A model generated the notes under the pieces. The model saw nothing but the letters and a program-made list of their open reading frames with translations, was not told where the DNA came from and did no database searches. The position numbers were made by a program, and so were the translations under genes. From positions 1 through 62,227 of the forward strand of contig CAXRAL010000046.1 in assembly GCA_964228815.1 (NCBI GenBank): DNA of 62,227 nucleotides. Reading direction: 5' to 3'. Below, piece by piece: positions 9,197 through 19,372 of the stretch; the stretch's first letter is position 1, and each line of letters begins with the position of its first letter. The stretch comes from Candidatus Poseidoniaceae archaeon (GTDB lineage Archaea > Thermoplasmatota > Poseidoniia > Poseidoniales > Poseidoniaceae).

Positions 9197-10075
9197 GTGA
9201 AACAAACTGCATCGACGGACAGCGATCTTCTGGCGGTGCTTCGCTTCATGTTTCCTCAGTCGAGCTCGACCACTCTCCGAAAAATGCTCACGCAGGGACG
9301 GGTTGTTGTCAACGGCGATGTCGTTCATCGAGCAAAAGCCACCGTGCACGTGGGCGATACGGTGGAAGTGCTTGAGCGCCAACGCGCAGAAGAAAGAACA
9401 CCACCCCCAAGCACCGAACCAACCGTTGACCTCGATGTTCTGTACGAAGACGACGCTCTTCTGGTGGTGAACAAACCCCATCGCTTGCTTTCGGTAGCGA
9501 CGGATCGACTTGAAATTGACACCCTTCACAGCCGTTGCGTCGACTATCTGAAGCATCGGAACAAGGACGCTTGGTGTTACATCGTTCATCGTCTTGACAA
9601 GGACACGTCCGGTGTCATGGTGTTGGCAAAACATCCTACAGCGAAGCGTGAACTGCAACAACAATTCCACGACAGAGAGGTGCACCGAACCTACCTCGCC
9701 GTGGTTGAAACTGCACCTCACCCTCCATCGGGTACCATCCGAACCTGGTTGATGGAAGACAAACACCTGAACGTCAAAGCCGTGAACAAAAATCACCCCC
9801 AGGGGAAAGAAGCGATATCTCACTACCATGTGGTGCAGTCAAACGATGCATCCAGTCTCGTTGAGGTGTCGATTGAGACCGGTCGCCGACATCAAATTCG
9901 CATGGCCATGCAACATTTGGGGACGCCGGTCGTCGGTGACGAACGTCATGGGGCCTCCACCAACCCCCACCAACGCATCATGCTTCACGCCTCATCGCTG
10001 GAGTTTCTTCATCCGGACAACGATGATCCGGTGCGATTTGAGGCGCCGCCACCAAAAATCTTCGGCGTGGTTTGA
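9197..10075 (+). CDS. RluA/RluD-family pseudouridine synthase with S4-like N-terminus
   Basis: VVNKP, HRLDKDTSG (catalytic Asp), TGRRHQIR, VVGDERHG, LHA. Confidence 0.9.
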   Translation: MKQTASTDSDLLAVLRFMFPQSSSTTLRKMLTQGRVVVNGDVVHRAKATVHVGDTVEVLERQRAEERTPPPSTEPTVDLDVLYEDDALLVVNKPHRLLSVATDRLEIDTLHSRCVDYLKHRNKDAWCYIVHRLDKDTSGVMVLAKHPTAKRELQQQFHDREVHRTYLAVVETAPHPPSGTIRTWLMEDKHLNVKAVNKNHPQGKEAISHYHVVQSNDASSLVEVSIETGRRHQIRMAMQHLGTPVVGDERHGASTNPHQRIMLHASSLEFLHPDNDDPVRFEAPPPKIFGVV

Positions 10076-10083
10076 GAGGTTCC

Positions 10084-10218
10084 TCAATCAATGTTGAAGG
10101 CCATGGCCTCACAATCTGCACAACGATCGACATGCTCCGTGCCGATGTTATCGACGCGACCGCACCGCAAACAACATCGCTGAGCGACAAAAACTGGGTT
10201 CAACTTTGGAGATTCCAC
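10084..10218 (-). CDS. Putative 44-aa zinc-finger micro-protein
   Basis: From GTG 10218: MESPKLNPVFVAQRCCLRCGRVDNIGTEHVDRCADCEAMAFNID; TATA-like TTCATAAT 23-30 nt upstream (10241-10248, - strand). Confidence 0.55.
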   Translation of the reverse strand: MESPKLNPVFVAQRCCLRCGRVDNIGTEHVDRCADCEAMAFNID

Positions 10219-10397
10219 GGGCGGCAAGTATGGGGTTTGTATTATGAAGGCTTGTTCTTGAGTATGGTCTCGCAGTATCACGATTTTGATACATTTAATC
10301 CTATGTTACTTTCATCCTAACACCCAACACCAACACTCGCAAGCAAAAGCACGACTTGAAGAACTGTTGACCGGTCGTTGCCTTTGGAGCGTTTGCC

Positions 10398-13334
10398 ATG
10401 ACGACAGGTCAGGACGGTTGGATTGAGGTCAAGGGGGCGCGAACCCACAACCTCAAGGACATCTCCGTCAACCTTCCAAAAGGTAAATTCGTCGTGATAT
10501 CGGGCGTTTCTGGCTCGGGAAAATCCAGTCTCGCCTTTGACACGCTGTACGCCGAGGGCCAGCGAAGGTACGTTGAGAGCCTGTCCTCGTATGCACGCCA
10601 GTTCATTGGTCAAATGAAAAAAGCAGATTGTGATTCCATCGAGGGCCTTTCCCCTGCGATTTCCATCGACCAAAAACAAGGCAGTCACAACCCCCGTTCA
10701 ACCGTGGCAACGGTCACTGAAATCCAAGACTATCTTCGTCTGCTTTGGGCCAGGATCGGGAAACCACACTGCCCATCGTGCGGGAAAGAGGTGGCTCGAC
10801 GCACCGTTCAGGAGATCGTGGATGACATCTTTTGGCGCATGGAAGCGCACGGCGTTGCCGTATGGTCGCCCGTCGTGCGCGCCAGGAAAGGAACCCACAT
10901 GGAACTCTTCCGGCAACTGGTCGAGCAGGGCTACCTCAACGGGCGCGTCAACGGGCACGAAACATCGTTCGAGGAACCGCCTACCCTCGACAAGAATTTC
11001 CGCCATGACATCGATGTCCGCATCGATCGTCTACGATGCACCCGTGATCGTAGACAACGCCTCACTGAGGCGGTTGAGTCGGCTCTCCGATTGGGCGGCG
11101 GCACCTTAGCCGTCGAGAGCCTTGAAGCTCCCAAACCCGATGCTAAACTCAGTGCCAACTCCAACGCTCATGCGACTGAACAGGGGCAAACCATCGCCTG
11201 GTCCGAGGATTTTGCGTGTCCCGACCACGGTGCGTTCATGCCCGAACTTTCTCCCCGCGTCTTTTCATTCAACTCACCCCTGGGGGCGTGCGGGACGTGC
11301 CAAGGGTTGGGCGTTCAGCGCCAATTCAACATCGAACTCGTTGTTGACGGAACACTGAGCGTCTCCAACGGCTGCGTCATCCCCTGGCGACAGTCGATGT
11401 CTCCTTCCTGGTACCGTAAATTGTTGGAATGCACGTGCGAACACTACAACATCTCCACCACACTCCCCTTTGAGATGCTGGATGAGGATGAGAAGGACAT
11501 CTTGCTGTACGGCTCGGGCTCCACCGTCATTCACTACGAATTCACCTCCGAAAACGGCTCGCAATACAAGTACAGCAAACCGTGGGAAGGCATCATCCCT
11601 CGCCTCGAGAAGACCTACGCCGAAACCACCAGCGAGCGAACGCGAAATCGGTTGATTGCGTGCATGACGGACCTGGACTGTTCCACCTGTTCAGGAGAGA
11701 AACTGAATCAGGCTGCTCGCTATGTGACGGTGGGTGGTATTCGTCTGCCCGAGGTCAGCCAGTGTTCGGTCCATGACGCGCTGGGCTTGGTTCGTGCATG
11801 GAATCCCGAAGGTGACGGTCCACCGGAAGCGTTTCAGGACCTTCTCGAAACCCTTGATGAACGAAGCATGTTCATTGGCTCTGAAATCATCAAGGAAATC
11901 GAAGGGAGGCTCGGGTTCCTCGATAGCGTTGGATTGGACTACCTCACCTTGGACCGGAAGGCGAACACCCTTTCGGGCGGTGAAAGCCAACGAATTCGTC
12001 TGGCCACGCAAATTGGAAGCCGCTTGACCGGCGTCATGTACGTGCTCGACGAACCTTCCATCGGTCTGCACCAACGCGACAACGACCGCCTCCTCACCAC
12101 GTTGAGAGAACTCAGTGATTTGGGCAACACCTTGCTTGTGGTCGAGCACGACGAAGATACCCTGCGCCAAGCGGATTGGTTGTGCGATCTCGGCCCAGGA
12201 GCTGGTCTTGAGGGCGGCGTGGTGGTGGCGAACGGCACGCCAGAAGAGGTCATGGCCAGTGAAGCATCCGTCACGGGCGCTTACCTCAGCGGACGAAAAT
12301 CCATCCCATGGCCCGAGAAGCGAGTCAAGCCTGGCAAGCACCATCTCAAGGTCAACGGAGCCCGTCACAACAACCTCCAGAACATCAACGTCGCCTTTCC
12401 AATCGGCTGCATGACGGCGGTCACTGGCGTGTCAGGCTCAGGAAAATCCTCGTTGGTATCGGGTATTTTAGCGCCCGCTCTTCAACGGGATGTTCACCGA
12501 GCGGAAACCCTGCCTGGACGACACACCTCACTCGAAGGGGTGGAGCACGTGGACAAGGTGATCACCATCGACCAATCACCCATTGGTCGAACTCCCCGGT
12601 CCAACCCTGCAACGTACACGAAGGTGTTCGATGAAATCCGTTCGCTGTTTGCCAACACAAAGCTGTCCAAGGAGCGAGGTTACAAACCCGGCCACTTTAG
12701 TTTCAATGTCAAGGGTGGTCGGTGCGAGGCTTGCAGAGGCGGGGGATCGATCAAACTGGAAATGAACTTCCTTCCCGACGTGTGGATCACTTGCGATATT
12801 TGCAACGGGAAGCGGTACACTCGAGAATGCCTTGAGGTGGAATGGCGCGGTCGAACCATCCACGACGTTCTGGAGATGCCGGTGGCGGAAGCGGTTGAAT
12901 TCTTCAAGAATCACCGGAAAATCCACCGGACGCTCGAAACCCTCGATGCGGTCGGCTTGGGCTACATCCGTCTGGGCCAACCAGCCACCACACTTTCAGG
13001 CGGTGAAGCACAACGGGTCAAACTCGCCAGTGAACTGCGACGGATGCCCAACAAGCACACGGTCTACATTCTCGACGAGCCAACCACGGGACTGTCGTTC
13101 AGTGATGTTGCAAAACTCATCAATGTCCTTCACCAACTTCGCGACAAGGGCCACACGATGATCATCATTGAACACCACCTTGACGTGGTCAAATCGTGCG
13201 ATTGGGTGGTCGACCTTGGCCCGGAAGGCGGCGAACGTGGCGGGCAGGTGATTGCGAAGGGGACGCCGGAAGCCGTAGCAAAGGTGGGCGAGAGCCCAAC
13301 TGGACAATTCCTGTCAAAGATGCTGAACCGTTGA
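10398..13334 (+). CDS. uvrA: Excinuclease ABC subunit A
   Basis: Two GVSGSGKSS Walker A motifs, two LSGGE signatures, zinc fingers, 978 aa. Confidence 0.97.
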   Translation: MTTGQDGWIEVKGARTHNLKDISVNLPKGKFVVISGVSGSGKSSLAFDTLYAEGQRRYVESLSSYARQFIGQMKKADCDSIEGLSPAISIDQKQGSHNPRSTVATVTEIQDYLRLLWARIGKPHCPSCGKEVARRTVQEIVDDIFWRMEAHGVAVWSPVVRARKGTHMELFRQLVEQGYLNGRVNGHETSFEEPPTLDKNFRHDIDVRIDRLRCTRDRRQRLTEAVESALRLGGGTLAVESLEAPKPDAKLSANSNAHATEQGQTIAWSEDFACPDHGAFMPELSPRVFSFNSPLGACGTCQGLGVQRQFNIELVVDGTLSVSNGCVIPWRQSMSPSWYRKLLECTCEHYNISTTLPFEMLDEDEKDILLYGSGSTVIHYEFTSENGSQYKYSKPWEGIIPRLEKTYAETTSERTRNRLIACMTDLDCSTCSGEKLNQAARYVTVGGIRLPEVSQCSVHDALGLVRAWNPEGDGPPEAFQDLLETLDERSMFIGSEIIKEIEGRLGFLDSVGLDYLTLDRKANTLSGGESQRIRLATQIGSRLTGVMYVLDEPSIGLHQRDNDRLLTTLRELSDLGNTLLVVEHDEDTLRQADWLCDLGPGAGLEGGVVVANGTPEEVMASEASVTGAYLSGRKSIPWPEKRVKPGKHHLKVNGARHNNLQNINVAFPIGCMTAVTGVSGSGKSSLVSGILAPALQRDVHRAETLPGRHTSLEGVEHVDKVITIDQSPIGRTPRSNPATYTKVFDEIRSLFANTKLSKERGYKPGHFSFNVKGGRCEACRGGGSIKLEMNFLPDVWITCDICNGKRYTRECLEVEWRGRTIHDVLEMPVAEAVEFFKNHRKIHRTLETLDAVGLGYIRLGQPATTLSGGEAQRVKLASELRRMPNKHTVYILDEPTTGLSFSDVAKLINVLHQLRDKGHTMIIIEHHLDVVKSCDWVVDLGPEGGERGGQVIAKGTPEAVAKVGESPTGQFLSKMLNR

Positions 13335-13397
13335 AGGCGCAGACTACAAAGAGCGCATGCAACAACCTCCGCTTGCCCAACGGGCACGGTGCAGAAC

Positions 13398-16300
13398 ATG
13401 CCAGTTACACGTGTGGAAGTTACCCCTCGCCAAGGAGAGGGAATGCGTGATGTTCGCGGGGATGTCGTTCGACGCCAACTCAAGGCTGACCACGGGATTG
13501 ACGTCGCTCAAGTTCGATCGATTTGCGGTTACCTCATCAACGGCGAAACAACCCAAGAACGCATCGCTGAGCGCGTGGACGACCTGTTTGCCGACCCGAT
13601 CATTGAACAGGGCGCAACCAACACCATCCTGTTGACGACCGAGTTGTTTGACAACGCTCCTGACGCTGTCATCACGGTCGGGTTCAAACCCGGTGTCACC
13701 GACAATCCAGGAAAAGCGGCTACCGACGGCTTCCAGACCCTGTTTCCCACGGACAGTGGCGCCAAGATCGCGACCTACCTCACCTATGCATTCTACGGCC
13801 TTCCACCCGAATGCGACGAAGGCTGGCTGGCCGGCACACTTCACAACAACCTCATCGAGCGAGCCCTCATCGCCAATCGAGAGGATTGTCAGGCGAAAGC
13901 ATGGCCTGAAATCGACTTCCCGACGCCTCCTGAACAAATCTTCATCGCACCTCAATCAATCAACCTTGAAGTCGACGATGACGCGCTTGAAACCATTTCA
14001 AACGAAGGGTTGCTGGCACTGAACCTCAACGAAATGCACGCCATCCAAGCCCACTATCGCGACGATACCATTCGTCAGCAGCGCACGTCCATGGACATCT
14101 CGCCCGATGCTCCGACCGATGTGGAATTGGAGTGCCTGGCGCAGACATGGAGTGAACATTGCAAACACAAAATCTTCGCTTCAAAAATTCATCACGTCGA
14201 CCATGAAACGGGGGAGGACACGGTAGTGGATTCCCTGTTCAAAACGCACATCATGAAACCCACCCATGACATGCAAGAAGACGTCGACTGGCTGCTCTCG
14301 GTGTTCCATGACAACTCTGGCGTCATCGCTTGGGACGACACGTGGAGCGTGTGCATGAAGGCAGAAACACACAATTCACCTTCAGCCCTTGACCCGTACG
14401 GCGGGGCCATGACCGGCATCGTGGGTGTTAACCGTGACATTCTCGGCACGGGCTTGGGAGCCCGACCCATCGCCAACACCGACGTGTTTTGCTTTGGTCC
14501 ACCTGATTGGGAAGGCAACCTTCCTGAGAACCTCTTCCACCCGTCCCGAGTGCTCCGCGGCGTCCACGCAGGTGTTCGTGTTGGAGGCAACGAATCCGGC
14601 ATCCCCACCGTCAACGGCGCCATTGTGTTTGACGACCGCTACATCGGAAAACCGCTTGTGTATTGCGGAACGGTCGGCATCATGCCTCGTGTTCTCAACG
14701 ACGGACGCCCCTCACACGTCAAAACCCCCGTGGCGGGCGACATTGTCTACATGGTCGGCGGTCGAGTGGGCTACGATGGCATCCACGGCGCCACCTTCTC
14801 CTCGCTCGAGCTGACCGAAGAATCTCCGTCCAGCGCCGTTCAGATTGGCGACCCCATTACGCAGAAGAAGATGCTCGACATGGTGTTGGAGGCGAGGGAT
14901 GCCGGCCTCATCACCTGCATCACCGACAACGGAGCCGGCGGACTGTCTTCATCGATTGGTGAGATGGCTGAGTACACCAACGGCTGCGAAATCGACCTCG
15001 CTAAGGTGCCCCTGAAGCAAGCGGGCCTCTCCCCCTGGGAGATTCTGGTGTCTGAGAGCCAAGAACGCATGACCATCGCCGTTCGACCCGAAGATCAAGC
15101 GGCCTTCGAAGCCATGGCCGCGCTGCACGAGGTCGAGGCAACGGCGGTGGCGACCTTCACGTCCACCGGCATGTTCCACGTGCGATACGACGAAGCCACC
15201 GTGGCCTACCTTCCCATCGAATTCCTTCATGACGGCGTCCCTCAACTCGAACTCGAATCCGAATGGCGCCCACCACAATTGACACCGTTCAAACCACCGA
15301 CATCGGCAGACCATGACTCGCTTCTGGAAGGCATGCTCAAGCGCCCCAACATTGCGAGTAAGGAAACATGGGTCCGTCAGTACGACCATGAAGTCATTGC
15401 TCAGACGGCGATCAAACCCTTCGTTGGCGTGGAACGTGACGGCCCAGGTGATGCTGGCGTGATTGCACCGATTCACGGTGACCCTCATGGGTTGGTCATT
15501 TCGTGCGGTATTGCACCGAGGTATTCTGACATCGATGCGGGCGCCATGGCCGCGGCTTCCATCGACGAAGCCGTTCGAAACGCCGTGTGTGTTGGGTTGG
15601 ACGTTGACAAAATGGCTGGCTTGGACAACTTCTGTTGGCCCGATCCCATTGAATCTGCGAAAACACCCGACGGGCGTTTCAAATTGGCCCAACTCGTGCG
15701 TGCCAATCGAGAACTTGAACGGGTCTGCCGGGCTTACCGGTTGCCGTGCGTGAGCGGCAAAGATTCGATGAAGAACGATTACGGCTCCGGTCCGGAGAAA
15801 ATTTCGATTCCGCCAACGTTGCTGTTTTCCCTGTTTGGTGACCACCCTGACGTTCGCCAAACGGCCACGAGTGACTTCAAATTCAGCGGCGATCGAATCT
15901 ACCTGGTCGGCACGTCGAATCAGGAATTGGGAGCCTCCGAACTCGCGTTCATGATGACCGAGTCCGGCCAAACCGACGGCATTGGCGGTCGCGTGCCTCA
16001 ACTCCCTCATCCCGAGCAAAACTTAGCCATGTACCGGTCCCTTTCTACCGCCATCCGTGCGGGCATTGTCCGCACCGCTCATGATTGCAGTGAGGGAGGG
16101 TTAGCCGTTGCGCTTGCAGAAATGTGCATTGGAGGACGCCTGGGCGCATCGGTGGACATCGACGGCACGGGAGACGGCGATGTTTGGGGCCGCCTTTGGG
16201 GCGAATCGCTCGGACGGTTTGTCGTGGCGGTGTCCCCAGACAACGAGACGGCGTTCCTCGCTGCCATGAAGGGTCACCCGACCACCGTGCTCGGAACCGT

Positions 16301-16418
16301 GGACAATACGGCACATCTCTCGATCATGGACGGCGACGACCCACTCGTGCACATGCATGTTGATGCCATGACAACGGCGTGGAAAGGCACGCTCGATTTG
16401 ACGGGAGGGATGTCATGA
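13398..16418 (+). CDS. purL: FGAM synthase synthetase subunit with PurS-like N-terminal extension
   Basis: QTWSEHCKHKIF, KAETHNSPS, GGRVGYDGIHGATFSS, SESQERM, VSGKDSM, HDCSEGG. Confidence 0.93.
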   Translation: MPVTRVEVTPRQGEGMRDVRGDVVRRQLKADHGIDVAQVRSICGYLINGETTQERIAERVDDLFADPIIEQGATNTILLTTELFDNAPDAVITVGFKPGVTDNPGKAATDGFQTLFPTDSGAKIATYLTYAFYGLPPECDEGWLAGTLHNNLIERALIANREDCQAKAWPEIDFPTPPEQIFIAPQSINLEVDDDALETISNEGLLALNLNEMHAIQAHYRDDTIRQQRTSMDISPDAPTDVELECLAQTWSEHCKHKIFASKIHHVDHETGEDTVVDSLFKTHIMKPTHDMQEDVDWLLSVFHDNSGVIAWDDTWSVCMKAETHNSPSALDPYGGAMTGIVGVNRDILGTGLGARPIANTDVFCFGPPDWEGNLPENLFHPSRVLRGVHAGVRVGGNESGIPTVNGAIVFDDRYIGKPLVYCGTVGIMPRVLNDGRPSHVKTPVAGDIVYMVGGRVGYDGIHGATFSSLELTEESPSSAVQIGDPITQKKMLDMVLEARDAGLITCITDNGAGGLSSSIGEMAEYTNGCEIDLAKVPLKQAGLSPWEILVSESQERMTIAVRPEDQAAFEAMAALHEVEATAVATFTSTGMFHVRYDEATVAYLPIEFLHDGVPQLELESEWRPPQLTPFKPPTSADHDSLLEGMLKRPNIASKETWVRQYDHEVIAQTAIKPFVGVERDGPGDAGVIAPIHGDPHGLVISCGIAPRYSDIDAGAMAAASIDEAVRNAVCVGLDVDKMAGLDNFCWPDPIESAKTPDGRFKLAQLVRANRELERVCRAYRLPCVSGKDSMKNDYGSGPEKISIPPTLLFSLFGDHPDVRQTATSDFKFSGDRIYLVGTSNQELGASELAFMMTESGQTDGIGGRVPQLPHPEQNLAMYRSLSTAIRAGIVRTAHDCSEGGLAVALAEMCIGGRLGASVDIDGTGDGDVWGRLWGESLGRFVVAVSPDNETAFLAAMKGHPTTVLGTVDNTAHLSIMDGDDPLVHMHVDAMTTAWKGTLDLTGGMS

Positions 16419-17260
16419 TGACGCCCCGTGTCGCTGTTCTGTTTGGTTTTGGTATCAATTGCGACCATGAGACCAAGGCCGTGTTTGAGTTGGTTGGAGC
16501 TGAGGCCGACCGCGTCCACGTGAATCGCTTTGTCTCAGGCGATGCCAACCTCGAATCGTACGATATTTTGGCGGTTCCCGGCGGATTTTCGTTTGGCGAC
16601 CACCTCGGTAGCGGCCGGTTGATGGGCAATCGTATGCGATTTGCCATGCGAGATGCGCTCATGGCCTTCGTCGATGCGGGCAAACCCATCATCGGTATTT
16701 GCAACGGTTTCCAAGTGCTGGTCAAGACCGGTCTCCTTCCTGGGCCTGAGGCGGGACGTTCTCCAGATTTCGTCCAGCGAGGAAGTCTGACGCTGAACGA
16801 CAGCGGACGGTATGAGGACCGATGGGTCACGTTGGAATTTGACCCCGAGAGCCCCTGCATCTGGACGAAGGGCATGACGCGAATGGAATGCCCTGTTCGC
16901 CACGGCGAAGGAAAATACGTGATGCCAACGTCAGCAGACCTCGATCGACTGGCTTCCCATCATCAGTTGACGGTGCGCTATGTTGACCCGACGACGACCG
17001 TAGGAGAAGGGTTGACGGACGAACCTCTGCCTTACCCCGTGAGTCCCAACGGAAGCATGCGGAACATTGCTGGAATTTGTGACTCAACTGGCTTGGTCTT
17101 TGGACTCATGCCGCACCCCGAAGCGATCTACGCTCGATGGCTTCATCCAACACACACTCGCCACAACGCAGATCACGCAGGCGGGGCGCTTGATGGATGG
17201 GAAGGTGAAGGCCTTCAGATGTTCAGAAACGCCGTCGAGTACGTCAAACAACGAGCTTGA
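16415..17260 (+). CDS. purQ: FGAM synthase glutaminase subunit
   Basis: GINCD, PGGFSFGD, GICNGFQ, HGEG, GLMPHPE; ATGA overlap with purL stop. Confidence 0.95.
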   Translation: MMTPRVAVLFGFGINCDHETKAVFELVGAEADRVHVNRFVSGDANLESYDILAVPGGFSFGDHLGSGRLMGNRMRFAMRDALMAFVDAGKPIIGICNGFQVLVKTGLLPGPEAGRSPDFVQRGSLTLNDSGRYEDRWVTLEFDPESPCIWTKGMTRMECPVRHGEGKYVMPTSADLDRLASHHQLTVRYVDPTTTVGEGLTDEPLPYPVSPNGSMRNIAGICDSTGLVFGLMPHPEAIYARWLHPTHTRHNADHAGGALDGWEGEGLQMFRNAVEYVKQRA

Positions 17261-18298
17261 GTGAACCTCATGACCGCATCACAACGGTTGGTGCACATTG
17301 ACGCACTTCGTGGGCTGGCCGTTCTTCTGATGGTGCTCGTCCACGCCGCAGCGACGTGGGAACCTTCCCTTTCAGGTGAATTGCTCATCCTCGGCGTGAT
17401 CGTATCCGCTGGAGGCGGACTCGCAGCACCGCTCTTCGTGGCACTCCTTGGTTGGGGACTCGCTCAGCGAACGCTCACACCTCGACAACGCTGGTGGAGA
17501 GCAGGCTGGCTCTTTGCGTGTCAGGTTGCCGTCAACGTGAGTGCACCACACTTGTTCGATCCGTTCACGCCAGGCGTCCTATCGATGCTGGGGCTACTGA
17601 TTCTAACAGAGCCCTTGTGGGCCCGGCCATTTCACAGTACCGCCCAGACCATTCGTCCCTTTTCAGGTGTGTTTGTTTTGGTGCTGATGTTGAGCATCCT
17701 CACCGAACCCTGGCAAGGGCCATCCGACTGGACGTCTCGAGTTGAAACACCGTCGCTCACCACGTGGATGAGCCACCTGATCACAACGGGGCTCTACCCG
17801 TTCTTCCCTTGGGTCCTGTTTGCGTGCTTCGGCTTGACCGTAGCTCGTCTCTCAGCAGAACGTCGTCAGATGTTCTTTCGAAACGTGGTTGTTGCAGGCC
17901 TCGTGGCCTCAACAATCGTTCTCGTTCAGAGTCAACGATCAGGACAAGTTTGGGCGCTTCCAACAGGCAACGCAGCGCTGACGTTCTTCCCGGCCAACGC
18001 GCCATTCCTCATCGCAGCCATGACCGGTGTGGTCATGCTGTGGTGGATCGTGGAGCGTCTGGGGACATCCTTCACCGCTTTGTCGCATGCGGGGCGAGTC
18101 TCGCTCACCGTTTACGTGTTACACTTCGTACCGTTCGCCTTGTTTCATCAAGCCGAAACCGTCTATAGGTGGTCAGCACTTTCGACCGCAGGGGTCGTCG
18201 TGGCCTACACTGCAGGATGGTTCGTCCTGGGAACTTGGCTTGCTCGGCGTCCCCACCTAACGATCGAATCGTGGATGAGGTGGCGTGAACCGTCTTGA
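17261..18298 (+). CDS. Multi-pass membrane protein, HGSNAT/DUF1624-DUF418-like acyltransferase family
   Basis: IDALRGLAVLLMVLVH, AAPLF, YPFFPW, GRVSLTVYVLH. Confidence 0.7.
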   Translation: MNLMTASQRLVHIDALRGLAVLLMVLVHAAATWEPSLSGELLILGVIVSAGGGLAAPLFVALLGWGLAQRTLTPRQRWWRAGWLFACQVAVNVSAPHLFDPFTPGVLSMLGLLILTEPLWARPFHSTAQTIRPFSGVFVLVLMLSILTEPWQGPSDWTSRVETPSLTTWMSHLITTGLYPFFPWVLFACFGLTVARLSAERRQMFFRNVVVAGLVASTIVLVQSQRSGQVWALPTGNAALTFFPANAPFLIAAMTGVVMLWWIVERLGTSFTALSHAGRVSLTVYVLHFVPFALFHQAETVYRWSALSTAGVVVAYTAGWFVLGTWLARRPHLTIESWMRWREPS

Positions 18299-18394
18299 CG
18301 TCGGTGGGTGCATCCCACCGCTTCAATCGACACCTACGTGAAGGGGTTCACGTGCGTGCAAACGCATCGTAGCGGGCGGTCCAACCAAGAGAAA

Positions 18395-18416
18395 CGGGGT
18401 GGCCGAAGCCACCCCG
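18395..18416 (-). terminator. Hairpin downstream of rhodopsin (putative terminator or stabiliser)
   Basis: Minus strand CGGGGTGGC-TTCG-GCCACCCCG: perfect 9-bp stem with C(UUCG)G loop, followed by TTTCTCTT. Confidence 0.6.
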
Positions 18417-18447
18417 CTTCAGGGGGGTTGGAGAACCTGGTTTGGTT

Positions 18448-19293
18448 TCACTCAGCAGCTGCGATGGCTTCGGTAGCCTTCTTAGCACCCATCCAAGCAA
18501 CGACACCGAAACCGATCTTGTTGATCATGTCAGCGATGTTGTAGAGGATGGCCATGACTTCTTCGGAAACAGCGTCGGAGACGCCAGCTTCTGGGTTGAA
18601 GAGGTAGCCGATGGGGTAGATGACCCAGCCGACGCAGATGAACCAGCGCAGGGCGTTGGTGCTCCAGAGGAGCTCAGGTGCAATCTTGCTGTTGTCGACA
18701 CCCTTACCGGAGGACCAGGGGGTACCGGTAGCCACGATGATCATGGCCCAGCCGACACCACCGAGGATGAGGCCGAGCATGCCGTCGATGGCACCGGACT
18801 CACCGAGGTAGCCGAATCCAATCATGATGAGGGCACCGGTGAAACAGATACCGGTGAAGCCGAGACCGAGGAACTTGTCGTCGGTGATGGCTTCCTTACC
18901 CACGAGGGAAGGGAACTTGAGGGCCATCAACGGAACGGTGATGATCCAGTCCATGTATCGGTACTCGATGGACACGGCGTCGAGGTCGGTGTAGACACCG
19001 CGCATGTAGTAGTAGTGGAAGGCAGCAATACCGACGATCAGGGCCGAGATGGTCATGGTCGTTCGGTATTGAGGTGCCACGGAGTTGCGCTCTGCCATGA
19101 AGAAGACAAAGGCAGCACCCATGGAGATGTAGCCGACGAAGAAGAGGAAGAACGTGATGAGACCGAGGGTGTCATCGGCGTACTTCGCCGACGGGTCGAC
19201 GATTTCCGCTGCGCTGACCGTTCCGGCCATTGCAAGGGCAAGTGTGGCAATCAAAAGCAGGCTCGTTGGTTTCGAGAATTTTTCAGTTTTCAT
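18448..19293 (-). CDS. Proteorhodopsin-like microbial rhodopsin (DTK motif) with signal peptide
   Basis: Helix C RYMDWIITVPLMALKF, helix B His (AFHYYYMR), helix G YNIADMINKIGFG with the retinal-binding Lys; start ATG 19293. Confidence 0.95.
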   Translation of the reverse strand: MKTEKFSKPTSLLLIATLALAMAGTVSAAEIVDPSAKYADDTLGLITFFLFFVGYISMGAAFVFFMAERNSVAPQYRTTMTISALIVGIAAFHYYYMRGVYTDLDAVSIEYRYMDWIITVPLMALKFPSLVGKEAITDDKFLGLGFTGICFTGALIMIGFGYLGESGAIDGMLGLILGGVGWAMIIVATGTPWSSGKGVDNSKIAPELLWSTNALRWFICVGWVIYPIGYLFNPEAGVSDAVSEEVMAILYNIADMINKIGFGVVAWMGAKKATEAIAAAE

Positions 19294-19297
19294 GGTT

Positions 19298-19331
19298 CTC
19301 AAGGTGCGCTTTCTAACCTTGAGTATATAAA
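19298..19331 (-). promoter_or_regulatory. Rhodopsin promoter: TATA box plus adjacent 8-bp inverted repeat
   Basis: TTTATATA (- strand, 19324-19331) about 31 nt before ATG; CTCAAGGT-N10-ACCTTGAG at 19298-19323. Confidence 0.65.
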
Positions 19332-19372
19332 CAGGTGTATTTTTGCTAAGTTTCGCGCGTGGATTCTAACGA

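Noticed and set aside
10072-10320. 82-aa plus-strand ORF upstream of uvrA
   Set aside because: No motif and runs through AT-rich promoter-like DNA; the minus-strand Cys4 ORF is better supported
14949-16019. 356-aa antisense ORF within purL (similar ones occur inside uvrA, ftsY, dnaG, eno and the fasciclin gene)
   Set aside because: Shadow ORFs expected from biased codon usage on the coding strand; no recognisable motifs
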